53,936 nucleotides of DNA from Patescibacteria group bacterium (GTDB taxonomy: Bacteria; Patescibacteriota; Patescibacteriia; GWA2-47-26): the NCBI GenBank assembly GCA_038064355.1, contig JBBTTG010000019.1:1-53936 (forward strand), given 5' to 3'. Of the stretch, positions 34,425 to 43,947 are shown piece after piece. The notes below the pieces were generated by a model. That model saw nothing but the letters and a program-made list of their open reading frames with translations. It made no database searches and had not been told where the DNA came from. The number at the start of each line of letters is the position of its first letter. Position 1 is the first letter of the stretch. Position numbers and translations under genes: made by a program.

Positions 34425-34829
34425 ATGACGGAAAATACGCCGCCGACCAGCCAGGAAATTTTGCCGACCATTCAGGATGTTCTTGAGGCCGTAAACGAGT
34501 TTGCCAGTCATGTAGACAAGCGGTTTTCGGATATAGACAAGCGGTTTTCGGATATAGACAAACAGTTTTCGGGTATAGACAAACAGTTTTCGGGTATTCG
34601 CGAAGAGATGGCGACAAAGAGTGATCTCAACCGTTTTAAGCTAGACTTGATTGATGTCATAGATGAGAAGAACGCCGATCTCAAGGCTGATCTTACTATC
34701 CTTATGAGAAAAGAAGATAAGAAGGTGGTGAGTTTGATTGATCTTTTGCGAAAAAAATCCGTCATTGATAATACAGAGGCGGCAAAGATTCTTGGTATGG
34801 ATCCGTTTCCGCAGGATGTGGTTATATAA
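34425..34829 (+). CDS. Small coiled-coil protein, paralog of 26470-26793
   Basis: EILPTIQDVLEAVNEFASHVDKRFSDIDKRFSDIDKQFSGIDKQFSG...MDPFPQ. Confidence 0.65.
   Translation: MTENTPPTSQEILPTIQDVLEAVNEFASHVDKRFSDIDKRFSDIDKQFSGIDKQFSGIREEMATKSDLNRFKLDLIDVIDEKNADLKADLTILMRKEDKKVVSLIDLLRKKSVIDNTEAAKILGMDPFPQDVVI
34512..34595. repeat. 21 bp tandem repeat x4 inside the coiled-coil gene
   Basis: GTAGACAAGCGGTTTTCGGAT / ATAGACAAGCGGTTTTCGGAT / ATAGACAAACAGTTTTCGGGT x2, encoding the heptad DKRFSDI / DKQFSGI. Confidence 0.95.
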
Positions 34830-34851
34830 CGAAAGCTAAGGAGGAGCTTTT

Positions 34852-37800
34852 ATGCGAAAAGGAGTCATTATAGCAAAAAGTCTGCTCTGGGCGGCATCTT
34901 TTGTGTTTTTTGTCGGTATACTCGGTGCGCGTGCCGGTGTACTCACTCCATCTGCCGCTCCCGGAGCCACCATGCGCACCTTAACCGAGATTTTTGACGC
35001 GCTTGCCGGCACCTATGATGCTACGTCGCAATCCGCATCGGCAAATGGCAATGTGGTGCAACAGCTCAAATATATCGCCACTCTTGGCATTCAGAATATC
35101 TACACGAATTCCTCATCGGCCACCATCACGACCGCCAGTGGCAAGGATGTAACTTTTAGTTTGGCGGATACCGCCACGGATTCAGACATCATCGTGGATA
35201 TTTTGGGCACGGGTAACACCTTTGAGGTGCGCGACACCGGCACCGCCGTATTCACTGTTGCCGATGGCGGAATAAGTACCGTTACCGGATCGCTTGGGCT
35301 TGCTCCAAACGGTGCGGGAGCCGGGGCGACCAGCCCCGTGCGGTTTTATGAGCTTGCCGCCGGTGGGTCCAATTACATTGCCTTCAAGGCTCCCGATGCC
35401 ATTGCCGCAAATGTAACTTGGATATTGCCCGATGCCGATGGCGCGAGCGGACAATCGCTCTCGACGAATGGCAGCGGAACATTGAGCTGGACTACTCCAT
35501 CGGGAGCGGGCGATATTACCGCCGTTGGTTCCATGATTACCTCCGCCGTTTTTGCCGATACCACCGCTGACGATGATTGGCTCGGCTTGGGCGCCGCGGC
35601 CGGACGCATTGAGTTTGACGATCAGGCGACTGATGAAGTGAATATTTTGAATGCCAGCGTGGGTATCGGCACCAGCACCCCGGGTTCAACGCTTGACGTA
35701 ACCGGTACGGTCAATATCAGTTCAACGCTTACGGTTGGCGGAACGACTACGTTTGACGGAGTGCAGATTATAGATAATACGGGTGTGGAAGCGTTTCTCG
35801 TCCGTCAAAATGCTGACGCGGGCGATGTATTTACAGTAAACACCACCGCTCCCTCTGTAACGCTTGGGACGAGTGTTTCCCTCACCACCACCGGCGGCGG
35901 TTCTCTCACGGGAACATGGACCGACCTTGGTTCCGTAACCACCGTAGACATCAACGGAGGCACGATTGACGGTGTAACGATCGGAGGATCATCCGCCGGC
36001 GCCGGTACATTTACAACCCTTCAGAGCACGCCCTCAAAGACCGTCGCCTCGGCAACCGGCGCTGTCTATGACGGCTTCACCATTCCCGCCGCCACAATGA
36101 CGGCTTCGGGAAGCACGGCCATCACCACGGCAACCGGATTTAATCTGATGAATGTATCCATCCCGAACATCGCCACCGCGGCCAATGTAACCAATTCGTC
36201 TACGGTGTACATCGCGGGCGCTCCGACCATTTCCGGAGGCGGGGCGATTACCAATGCCTACGCCCTCTGGGTGGACGCGGGAGAATCCCGTTTTGACGGG
36301 AATCTTGAGTTTGGAACCGGTGTAGCCATCACGGCCGGTGATTATATGATTGGCCGCGATGCCGATGGCACAAACCAGCTTCATTTCAATGTGCCAACCG
36401 GAGCGTCAATGGAATGGAGCATCAACGATGTTTCAAGAATGGTGATGAATAGCTCCGGGCAATTGGAACTGCGTCAATTTTCTACTGACGCGGTTGCCAA
36501 TCAACTCACTGTACGAAAAGCGCGTGGAACGGAAGGATCCCAAACGATTGTCGCAAATAATGATAACCTCGGTCTCGTTGAATTTCAAGGTTATGATGGA
36601 GCAGGCACTCATCAGCCAGCCGCTAGGATTCTTGCAAGAGTGAATGGAACTCCCGGAGCGGGAGATATGCCCGGAATCTTATCCTTGCAGACAACCCTAG
36701 ACGGCGCGGCTGCTCCAACGGAAAGGATGACCATTGATAACGGTGGAAACTTCGTCTTTACGCAGGGAGCGCAAGCATCCGGCTCGCCCACCGGCCTCAC
36801 CTTCACCGGCGGAGCGCATACCACGCTTGCCGCATCAACTGAAGCAACTGATATCAACTTCAATTTAGCCAGAACAGTCCAATTTGCCACAGGAGCTCTT
36901 GCGAGCCAGAGAGCAATGTTAATTCAAGCTCCCACCTATGCTTTTGCGGGCGCATCCACACTCGCAAGCGCGTCAACATTGGTGCTTACCGGCGCTCCCC
37001 AAGCAGGAACCAACGCGACTATCACAGCGACCTATGGATTGGTTGTCAATTCAAATACGTACGCGAGTAGCGAGGCTTATCAGGCAAACATCGGAATGCC
37101 GGGAATTTCTAACGGAATTGGAGCCGTGGCAAACCGTTTTGGGTTATCAATTACCGGCTCTAATACTTCGCTCGGGAACCAAACTGCCGCCTTAAGTTCT
37201 CTTATAGGGTTGTTTATCGATCCGGGAACATACGTATCCACCACAAATACAAGAACGGTAACGCAAGCCACTGGTTTAGTGGTCGGTCCTCCCTCGGCGG
37301 GAGCGAATGTTGCGATGACCACGGTGGCGTCTGGAGCGTTCGGAGACAATGCAACCCATGTCAGCGCCGCCGGGTTTAATTATTCGGATATCATCACTGG
37401 CGGCAATACCTTAACGCTTACCGGCACCACCAATGTTACCAGCACACCCGGCGTATCCAGCGTCAATGTCGGGCAGATTACGGTTACAGATTCTTCCGCC
37501 GTGACGGTGAATAATTCCGCGAGTGTTTATATCGCCGACGCTCCCATTGCGGCTGGTTCAGTAACCCTAACAAATGCGTATTCCTTATGGGTGGATGCGG
37601 GAGCGGCGAGATTGGATGGCACGCTGGCCTTGAATGATGCGGCAACTCTTACAAAAGACGGTATCGCCGCCACATCAACCGATGGTTTCGTACTCCAGAA
37701 TACGACCGATTCCACCGTAGGCGTTCCAAACCAATGGTCGCCTCGCGCGAGACAACACGCCGAGGTTTGGGATACCGACGGGAGCAACGATACATTTGAT

Positions 37801-39786
37801 TTCATACAGGAGGTAAAGGGCACCAGCGCGGCAACGACTTTGGCCGACTTCACCTTGTCCATGTCGAAAAACGGAGGGGCGTATAACGATTTGATTTCTG
37901 TTGATGAAGCGGGAAACCTGGCGATTCTGAACCAGCCGGCACAAATCCAATTCGCCAATGGCCAGTATTTTCAGGATAATAACAACGGAGGATTGAATAT
38001 TTATTCCCCGGCGGCATTGAATTTCTCTCTTGGGGCAAGCTATCCGAATACGAGTCCAATTTGGGGAGTCACGGGCGGCACAAGGACGGCCGGCGCGGCG
38101 GACGACAAAGGTTTCAGCTTTACCAATACGCTTAATGATTCCTCCACCGCCGGTGGAGAATCCTATACGGCGTTCTTTGTAAACATCACCGAAACCAACA
38201 AGACGGGCTGGCCAACGGTAAACCTGATGGATTTGCAGGTTGGCGCGGTGAGCAAGTTTCTTGTGAATGACGCGGGAGGTATAACAAGCGCAGGCGGACA
38301 AACATCAATCACACCCACTTTTTCCGTTGCTTCCGCCGCCGGGGCGGTCTATAACGGCCTCACTATTCCCGCCACAACGATGACATTGTCGGGTTCAACT
38401 GGTGTTACCACCGCAACAGGATTCAATCTGATAAACATTGCAATTCCCAATATCGCCACGACTGATGCGAACGCCGATGTTACCAATACGGCAACGGTTT
38501 ACATTGCCGGCGCTCCGACCATTTCCGGAGGCGGGGCGATTACGAATTCCTACTCTTTGTGGGTTGATGCGGGAACGGTGAGGTTTGATGGAGCGGTTAT
38601 TATGGGCGGACTTGCTTCGGGCACGGGCGGCGGCACCTATGATGCTATTTGTTTGAATACCGCCGACAATGCGCTTACCGTGAATACCAACGGAGACGAT
38701 TGTGTTGTTTCTTCGCGACGGTTTAAAGAGAATATTGCGAATCTTGATCTTGGTCTCTCGTTCATTAACGCTTTGACTCCAAGGCAGTTTAATTACATCG
38801 GAGAAGGCGATTCGCGCGTCGGATTCATCGCTGAAGAAGTGGCGGCAATTGATTCACGTCTCATGTTTTATGAAAATGATGGAGTTACCGCGCGCGGTGT
38901 CAGGTATCAGGATATGACAGCCGTGCTTACAAAAGCGGTGCAGGAACAGCAGGCGCAGATACAGAAGTTAACGTTAGATTTACAGGGGTTATTGAATGGA
39001 GGCGGGTCATCCTCGTCAGGCGGGTCGGCCTATACCGCCGGATATTGGTCGCTTGACGACAAGGGGAACCTGGTCGCGGATAAGGCGATTGGATTGAAGG
39101 TTTCCACGAGCAAGGGTGAGCGGACGCTGATGGCGCTTCTTGGCGCCAAAGCGGAGCTTATGCTTTCCGGAAGCTCGGAGCTGGTGGGCGGAGAGAGGAG
39201 GATTTATTTTCAAGAGTTTGATGAGACCTTCGCCGAGCTCGTTTCCGCGACTACACCGTTTAAGGTCTTACTTACACCCACTTCGTCCACACAAGGTCTC
39301 TATATTGCCGAAAAAATCAAAGAACTGGTTGAGGGTCGGGAGCGTTATGTTGGTTTTCGTGTAAAGGAGCAGGGAAGCGGCACATCTTCCGGTACATTTG
39401 ATTGGGTGGTGGTGGCGGTGCGCGAGGGTTTTGAAGGGGATGCGCCGGTGGTGCCGGCAGTGGCGGCGCCGATAGCAAACCCCTCACCCCAACCCTTTCC
39501 CACAGGGGGAGAGGGAGACGCGACAGAACAATCGCCAGTTGAACCAGTCGCGCCCGTAGCTCCGGTTGAGCAGGCGGCTCCTGTTGTTCCCGTTGAACCG
39601 GTAGCGCCCATTGAGCCGATAACTCCGGTTGAACCCGCACCTGTTGCTCCGTCTGCTCCCGTTGCACCACCGATTGTTCCCGAAGTGCCAGTCGAGCCCA
39701 TAGCACCAGTGGAACCGGCGGCTCCTATTGAAGAACCTGTCGCTCCGATTGAACCACCGGCAACCGCTGAACCCCCAGCGACTTAA
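34852..39786 (+). CDS. Giant secreted/anchored tail-fibre-like surface protein (1644 aa) with an internal peptidase-S74 intramolecular-chaperone domain
   Basis: - AAGGAGG SD upstream.
- N-terminal TM/signal segment.
- Tail-fibre-like motif [39 protein letters not shown].
- Three roughly 90-aa modules ending in [27 protein letters not shown].
- S74-like segment [12 protein letters not shown]...VGFIAEEV...[24 protein letters not shown] at about 38710-38975.
- Pro-rich PVEPxAP tail. Confidence 0.8.
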   Translation: MRKGVIIAKSLLWAASFVFFVGILGARAGVLTPSAAPGATMRTLTEIFDALAGTYDATSQSASANGNVVQQLKYIATLGIQNIYTNSSSATITTASGKDVTFSLADTATDSDIIVDILGTGNTFEVRDTGTAVFTVADGGISTVTGSLGLAPNGAGAGATSPVRFYELAAGGSNYIAFKAPDAIAANVTWILPDADGASGQSLSTNGSGTLSWTTPSGAGDITAVGSMITSAVFADTTADDDWLGLGAAAGRIEFDDQATDEVNILNASVGIGTSTPGSTLDVTGTVNISSTLTVGGTTTFDGVQIIDNTGVEAFLVRQNADAGDVFTVNTTAPSVTLGTSVSLTTTGGGSLTGTWTDLGSVTTVDINGGTIDGVTIGGSSAGAGTFTTLQSTPSKTVASATGAVYDGFTIPAATMTASGSTAITTATGFNLMNVSIPNIATAANVTNSSTVYIAGAPTISGGGAITNAYALWVDAGESRFDGNLEFGTGVAITAGDYMIGRDADGTNQLHFNVPTGASMEWSINDVSRMVMNSSGQLELRQFSTDAVANQLTVRKARGTEGSQTIVANNDNLGLVEFQGYDGAGTHQPAARILARVNGTPGAGDMPGILSLQTTLDGAAAPTERMTIDNGGNFVFTQGAQASGSPTGLTFTGGAHTTLAASTEATDINFNLARTVQFATGALASQRAMLIQAPTYAFAGASTLASASTLVLTGAPQAGTNATITATYGLVVNSNTYASSEAYQANIGMPGISNGIGAVANRFGLSITGSNTSLGNQTAALSSLIGLFIDPGTYVSTTNTRTVTQATGLVVGPPSAGANVAMTTVASGAFGDNATHVSAAGFNYSDIITGGNTLTLTGTTNVTSTPGVSSVNVGQITVTDSSAVTVNNSASVYIADAPIAAGSVTLTNAYSLWVDAGAARLDGTLALNDAATLTKDGIAATSTDGFVLQNTTDSTVGVPNQWSPRARQHAEVWDTDGSNDTFDFIQEVKGTSAATTLADFTLSMSKNGGAYNDLISVDEAGNLAILNQPAQIQFANGQYFQDNNNGGLNIYSPAALNFSLGASYPNTSPIWGVTGGTRTAGAADDKGFSFTNTLNDSSTAGGESYTAFFVNITETNKTGWPTVNLMDLQVGAVSKFLVNDAGGITSAGGQTSITPTFSVASAAGAVYNGLTIPATTMTLSGSTGVTTATGFNLINIAIPNIATTDANADVTNTATVYIAGAPTISGGGAITNSYSLWVDAGTVRFDGAVIMGGLASGTGGGTYDAICLNTADNALTVNTNGDDCVVSSRRFKENIANLDLGLSFINALTPRQFNYIGEGDSRVGFIAEEVAAIDSRLMFYENDGVTARGVRYQDMTAVLTKAVQEQQAQIQKLTLDLQGLLNGGGSSSSGGSAYTAGYWSLDDKGNLVADKAIGLKVSTSKGERTLMALLGAKAELMLSGSSELVGGERRIYFQEFDETFAELVSATTPFKVLLTPTSSTQGLYIAEKIKELVEGRERYVGFRVKEQGSGTSSGTFDWVVVAVREGFEGDAPVVPAVAAPIANPSPQPFPTGGEGDATEQSPVEPVAPVAPVEQAAPVVPVEPVAPIEPITPVEPAPVAPSAPVAPPIVPEVPVEPIAPVEPAAPIEEPVAPIEPPATAEPPAT
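39478..39520. repeat. Family-B-like GC-rich palindrome inside the giant gene
   Basis: CCCTCACCCCAACCCTTTCCCACAGGGGGAGAGGGAG, translated as [14 protein letters not shown]. Confidence 0.6.
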
Positions 39787-39787
39787 A

Positions 39788-39925
39788 CGGTTCTCTCCCT
39801 TTGGAAAAGGGAGTGGCCGAAGGCCGAGGGATTTGCGTCAATGGTTTTGGGAAAATCCCCCTTAATCCCCCTTGTTTCTCCGCCAGAGGCGGATCCGCCT
39901 CTGGCGGAGAAGGGGGAAGTCAAAA
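39788..39925. repeat. Family-G element with a nested perfect palindrome (39868-39909)
   Basis: CTCTCCCTTTGGAAAAGGGAGTGGCCGAAGGCCGAGGG...AAAATCCCCCTTAATCCCCCTT, interrupted by CTCCGCCAGAGGCGG-AT-CCGCCTCTGGCGGAG. Confidence 0.8.
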
Positions 39926-39934
39926 GGGAATTCT

Positions 39935-40171
39935 ATGACACGATGGATGATCTATCTAACAGCGGCCATACTCATCATCGGCATGATGCAATTTTTTGCC
40001 GTGCGTGCCGGCAGTCTCAATCCATCGGCAACTCCGGTTGGCACCATGAAAACCACCGAGGAGTCATACAATGTCATTGTGGGTACTAACGATGCTTCGG
40101 GTGTGAGCGCGAATATCAACGGCGATATCCTGCAACAGCTCAAAGCGGTGAGGAATGGATTTGGACTTTAG
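39935..40171 (+). CDS. Small membrane-anchored protein sharing the N-terminal module of the giant protein
   Basis: It has a TM segment, then AGSLNPSATPVGTMKTTEESYNVIVG...SANINGDILQQLK. The giant protein has [26 protein letters not shown]...[11 protein letters not shown]. Confidence 0.6.
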   Translation: MTRWMIYLTAAILIIGMMQFFAVRAGSLNPSATPVGTMKTTEESYNVIVGTNDASGVSANINGDILQQLKAVRNGFGL

Positions 40172-40206
40172 GGGAAATGACGAAAGGCAAATGTCGAATA
40201 AAATGG

Positions 40207-40267
40207 TTGTCATTCCAGCGGAAGCGGGAATCCAGGCCTGGACCCCGCATCAAGTGCGGGGTGACAA
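40207..40267. repeat. Family-F palindromic element
   Basis: TTGTCATTCCAGCGGAAGCGGGAATCCAGGCCTGGACCCCGCATCAAGTGCGGGGTGACAA. Confidence 0.8.
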
Positions 40268-40278
40268 GAAGGGCAAGG

Positions 40279-42522
40279 GTGAAAAATTTAAAAAGCAATG
40301 TGACACATTTTAAAAGGCATTGGATATTAGATATTCGTTATTTTGGTAAGGCGGCTTTTTTCGTTTTTGCCCTATTTTTCGCCTTGCCGGTTCTCGCCGT
40401 CGACACATCCACCGGCGGGATTGATTCCACGAACAAATACGCATGGGGAGAAAACATCGGATGGTTGAATTTTGGCACGAGCGAGGGCGCGGTGTCCGTG
40501 AGTGACTCCGCTCTCTCCGGTTATGCCTGGGGCGAAAATATCGGTTGGATCAGTCTCAATTGCTCCAATACAAGCTCATGCGCGACCGTGAATTATAAAG
40601 TGGCAAATAATGGCGCAGGTACTCTTTCCGGCTATGGATGGGGTGAGAATATCGGATGGGTGAATTTTAGTCCGACATACGGCGGCGTGACTATCGACGG
40701 AAACGGGAATTTTTTCGGCTATGCCTGGGGAGAAAATATCGGGTGGATTGTTTTTAACTGCTCGACGACAAGCTCGTGCGGCACGGTAAGCTATAAAGTG
40801 AATACGGCGTATCGCACGGGAGGCGAGCGATCACAATGCAACAACGCGGCGGATGATGATGGAGATGGCGCCATAGATTATCCGGCGGATACGGGATGCG
40901 AATCTCTTGATGATACATTGGAATTGAATCCCGGTGGCGGTGGGGTTTTTGTTTCCACCGGCGGGGGAGGGATATCCCCGGTTGCGCCCGCGGAAATTTT
41001 ACCTCCTCCGTCCGCAGTTCCACCGGCATCGGAAGTGACAGCCCCGCCTCAACCCGCAGCGCCTCCGGCTGTTTCGCCTCCCGCGCCGCCATTTGAGGTT
41101 CAACCGTTGTTCCCGCCGGCTCTTCCAGAGGCGTCGCCATTTTCCATTTTTGATCGGATCGGGGAGATTATTCGCAAGGCTCTACCTTTCTCCAAAAAAG
41201 AAGAGCCGTCTCTTTTTACCCCCCTCTTGCCGCGGGAATTGCCGGTAGCGCCTCCGGATTCGCTTGCATTACAATGGCCATTAATCCGTAAAGATTCAAT
41301 AAACAGTTTGGTATTTTTGCCGCCGCTAAAGGTGTTGATCTACGCGCCGAGTTTCAAATTCATTGATCCGCGGCCGGTGTCCAAGCTTGCCGATCTTCCC
41401 TTGCCGCCGGAGGTGCAAGTGCTCGCGGAGAAATTTCCGGCCGTGCGTGAAACATTCAAAAAAGTCGGCATCGCGCGTTTTAATGATTTGGAGAAATTGC
41501 AATCAGCGCGTCTCGTTCTTCCCGGATTGAACGATCTCTTGGGGGTTGCCCCCATCGGAGATTTTGGGAAAAGCTTGCCCATAAACGCGCTCACCCCGTC
41601 GCTCAAAATGCAACTGCCCTCGGAGGTGGTGTTTGCCAAGACCGCCGAGCAGGCGATTGATTTTAGAATCGGTCTTCGCGTGACGGATCAAGGAGAAGTG
41701 CGCCAGCGCATTGTGACGATTGTCAATAAACCCCTGAATCTATCCATAAAACCGGATGGTAGCGCAAAGACAGTGAGGGGATATTTGGTGTTTCGGTCCA
41801 AAAATCCGGTGCCAATGAGCACAATGGATTTGCATCTCGCCTCGCTGATGGGACGGTTAATGTTCGCGCGTCCGGTGTTCGCGCAAGCGCAGGATGTGCC
41901 GGTGCGAGTGGAGGAGCAATTGGTGCTTTTGGAGTTTGAATACACGGATTTGGACGGGGACGGTATTTATACGGCGACCATAGAGACGCCCGGGGTGGAT
42001 GGTGAATATGAAATTATTACGGTGATTGATTATACTTCGCCGGCAAAAGGCATCAAAGCGGTGCGTCTCATCACCGTCATAGATCCGGAGGGATATGTGT
42101 ATGAGGAGATTGTTGGAGGCAAGGAAGCGCGCATCCCGGATGCCCGGGCGAGTCTTTTTTGGAAAAATCCAGGAACAGATGCCTATGAGCTCTGGCCGGC
42201 GTATGAGTTTGTGCAGGAAAATCCGCAGACCACCGATACCAGCGGGCGATATTCTTTTCTTGTGCCGAAAGGCGTCTATATTCTTGGGGTTCAAGCAAAT
42301 GGGTATAAGGCATACCGCAGTGAACCGTTTGCTGTCGTGGAGGGAAGGGGTGTGCATATCAATGTGCGTTTGAAGCCGGAATATTGGTTGGAGCGCTTGC
42401 CGGATGCGAAAATACTCCTTCTTGTTGCTTTGATTATTCTGATTGTCTATAATTTTTATCGTGATCGTATGAGGGAAAAGCGAGCGAAAAAAATGCCGCC
42501 GTCCATCACTGGCGAGTTGTAA
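40279..42522 (+). CDS. Surface protein with five YAWGENIGW repeats, a Pro-rich linker, a CarboxypepD_reg-like domain and a C-terminal TM anchor
   Basis: The start was moved to the in-frame GTG at 40279, because the ORF-track N-terminus is a translated family-F repeat. The signal-like segment is FFVFALFFALPVLA. The repeat motif Y[AG]WGENIGW[ILV].[FL] occurs 5 times. Also present: SGRYSFLVPKGVYILGVQANGYKAY and a C-terminal TM segment. Confidence 0.7.
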   Translation: MKNLKSNVTHFKRHWILDIRYFGKAAFFVFALFFALPVLAVDTSTGGIDSTNKYAWGENIGWLNFGTSEGAVSVSDSALSGYAWGENIGWISLNCSNTSSCATVNYKVANNGAGTLSGYGWGENIGWVNFSPTYGGVTIDGNGNFFGYAWGENIGWIVFNCSTTSSCGTVSYKVNTAYRTGGERSQCNNAADDDGDGAIDYPADTGCESLDDTLELNPGGGGVFVSTGGGGISPVAPAEILPPPSAVPPASEVTAPPQPAAPPAVSPPAPPFEVQPLFPPALPEASPFSIFDRIGEIIRKALPFSKKEEPSLFTPLLPRELPVAPPDSLALQWPLIRKDSINSLVFLPPLKVLIYAPSFKFIDPRPVSKLADLPLPPEVQVLAEKFPAVRETFKKVGIARFNDLEKLQSARLVLPGLNDLLGVAPIGDFGKSLPINALTPSLKMQLPSEVVFAKTAEQAIDFRIGLRVTDQGEVRQRIVTIVNKPLNLSIKPDGSAKTVRGYLVFRSKNPVPMSTMDLHLASLMGRLMFARPVFAQAQDVPVRVEEQLVLLEFEYTDLDGDGIYTATIETPGVDGEYEIITVIDYTSPAKGIKAVRLITVIDPEGYVYEEIVGGKEARIPDARASLFWKNPGTDAYELWPAYEFVQENPQTTDTSGRYSFLVPKGVYILGVQANGYKAYRSEPFAVVEGRGVHINVRLKPEYWLERLPDAKILLLVALIILIVYNFYRDRMREKRAKKMPPSITGEL

Positions 42523-42561
42523 TTCCATAAAACAGTTTAATCATAAAGTCTCATCGAAAAT

Positions 42562-42918
42562 ATGAAAACAAAGTTGATCGTGTTCATCATCGTAATTCTT
42601 TTTTCCGGAAATATCGCGCTCGGCTCGCAATATTTTTGGAATATGCAGGAGCTCGTTCGCACTCGCGCCCTCGTGCGCGATCAGCGTTTCAATGATGCCG
42701 CTTTGCAATTTGCCAAGCTTTTTATCAATGAGGTCATCAATACGGAGCAGACGGTGGATTTTGAAACCCGCCTGCGATTGGAGAATGCCGTTCGCGCTCT
42801 CAAAGATGAAGAGGTGTTGGCGCAGTGGCTTGCTTTCGTGAACAGCGCCGATGAAGGCGCGGCACAGCGAGAAGTGCGCGCTCTCCTTCAGCTTTTGATG
42901 AAAAAGATACGGGTGTAG
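42562..42918 (+). CDS. Hypothetical membrane-anchored protein (118 aa)
   Basis: N-terminal TM segment KLIVFIIVILFSGNIALG followed by a helical remainder. Confidence 0.5.
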   Translation: MKTKLIVFIIVILFSGNIALGSQYFWNMQELVRTRALVRDQRFNDAALQFAKLFINEVINTEQTVDFETRLRLENAVRALKDEEVLAQWLAFVNSADEGAAQREVRALLQLLMKKIRV

Positions 42919-42919
42919 T

Positions 42920-43004
42920 AATCCCGTCATTCTCCCCACCAATCCCGTCATTCCCGCGCAGGCGGGAATCCAGGCATAGACCCCCGCTTTCGCGAGGGTG
43001 ACAG
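42920..43004. repeat. Family-F element with a partial duplication of its left end
   Basis: AATCCCGTCATTCTCCCC, then AATCCCGTCATTCCCGCGCAGGCGGGAATCCAGG...CGCGAGGGTGACAG. Confidence 0.8.
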
Positions 43005-43013
43005 ATTAACTTC

Positions 43014-43194
43014 TATAGGACTTACGCGCTTCCGCCCGGGAGTCCTGTAATTGTGGAACTTCCCATGGCGGAAGCCACAGGGGTTTGACCAATCTCTTCG
43101 TTAAAAGGCTCTGCTCTTGCTCGCCGTAGCTCTACTACGCCTCGCAACATCCTCGCCTTTTGCCTCGACCTTGGTCAAACGCGTAAGTCCTATT
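43014..43194. repeat. Family-E MITE-like element (about 180 bp) with perfect 14 bp terminal inverted repeats
   Basis: ATAGGACTTACGCG ... CGCGTAAGTCCTAT. Its first 66 bp recur at 53871-53936 with two mismatches. Confidence 0.9.
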
Positions 43195-43237
43195 CTAGTT
43201 GACAGAGGGGTCAAGCGTCAGTTCAAGTGTCAATGCC

Positions 43238-43266
43238 TTGACAGTTTTTTTGATATCAGTTATTCT
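43238..43266 (+). promoter_or_regulatory. Candidate promoter of rplJL
   Basis: TTGACA (43238-43243), a 17 nt spacer, then TATTCT (43261-43266). Confidence 0.45.
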
Positions 43267-43408
43267 ATACCCAGTGCCATAGACCATAGGTAGCCTGTGC
43301 TGAACGGGCATAAAACCTATGCAGGCGAGCTCATCATGCGAGCATCGTTTTATATGTCGTCTGTGGCCATAAAGGTCGCAGATTATTTATTTGTGCGCGA
43401 AAACATCT
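43267..43408 (+). promoter_or_regulatory. Candidate L10 (rplJ) leader
   Basis: A 140 nt untranslated leader with hairpins (CCATAGGT...ACCTATG) in the position where L10 leaders occur in other bacteria. No consensus match was verified. Confidence 0.3.
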
Positions 43409-43930
43409 ATGGCGAAAACAAAAGAGCAAAAAGAGGGCGCCTTTAGTGATCTCTTGGAGAGGCTTGAGCATATGAAGTCTGCCGTCATCGTGAGCTTTTC
43501 GGGCCTCAAAGTAAAAGACGCGCAGAAATTGCGCGAGAAGTCCTGGAAGAGCGGTGTCGAATACGCGGTGGTGAAGAAAACCCTGCTCGGGATCGCGCTC
43601 AAGAAAGCGGGTCTCGCGGAGGTCGATATTAAATCGTTCACAGGGAATGTGGCAGTGGCCTTTGGTCTCGAAGATGAGACGAGCGCCCCAAAATTGATTG
43701 CCGAATTCGCGAAGGAGAATGAAGCGATGAAGATACTCGGCGGGTTATTGGGAAAACAATATATCCCCGTCGCCGGCGTAAAATCCCTGGCGAGTCTTCC
43801 CGGAAAACAGGAGTTGCTTGGACAGTTGGTCGGCACCATTGCGGCGCCCATGTCCGGAATGCTCAATGTCCTTCAGGGAAATATTCGAGGGCTTGTACAG
43901 GTGCTTCATGCGATCAGTAAGAAATCCTAA
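43409..43930 (+). CDS. rplJ: 50S ribosomal protein L10
   Basis: [22 protein letters not shown]...YAVVKKTLL. The start was trimmed to MAKTKEQK. Confidence 0.92.
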   Translation: MAKTKEQKEGAFSDLLERLEHMKSAVIVSFSGLKVKDAQKLREKSWKSGVEYAVVKKTLLGIALKKAGLAEVDIKSFTGNVAVAFGLEDETSAPKLIAEFAKENEAMKILGGLLGKQYIPVAGVKSLASLPGKQELLGQLVGTIAAPMSGMLNVLQGNIRGLVQVLHAISKKS

Positions 43931-43943
43931 TCCCTAATCCCTA
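43923..43943. repeat. Heptanucleotide tract (AATCCTA ATCCCTA ATCCCTA) spanning the rplJ stop
   Basis: Three units; the TAA at 43928-43930 is the rplJ stop. Confidence 0.75.
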
Positions 43944-43947
43944 CTTT

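Noticed and set aside
34852-39786. A diversity-generating retroelement acting on the repeated modules of the giant protein.
   Set aside because: There is no reverse transcriptase gene in the window. Differences between the modules are not confined to adenine positions, and no non-coding template-repeat copy was found.
2634-43194. Whether the many short palindromic repeats form a CRISPR array.
   Set aside because: The copies are dispersed over the whole window. They belong to at least seven unrelated families, are not separated by uniform unique spacers, and no cas genes are present.
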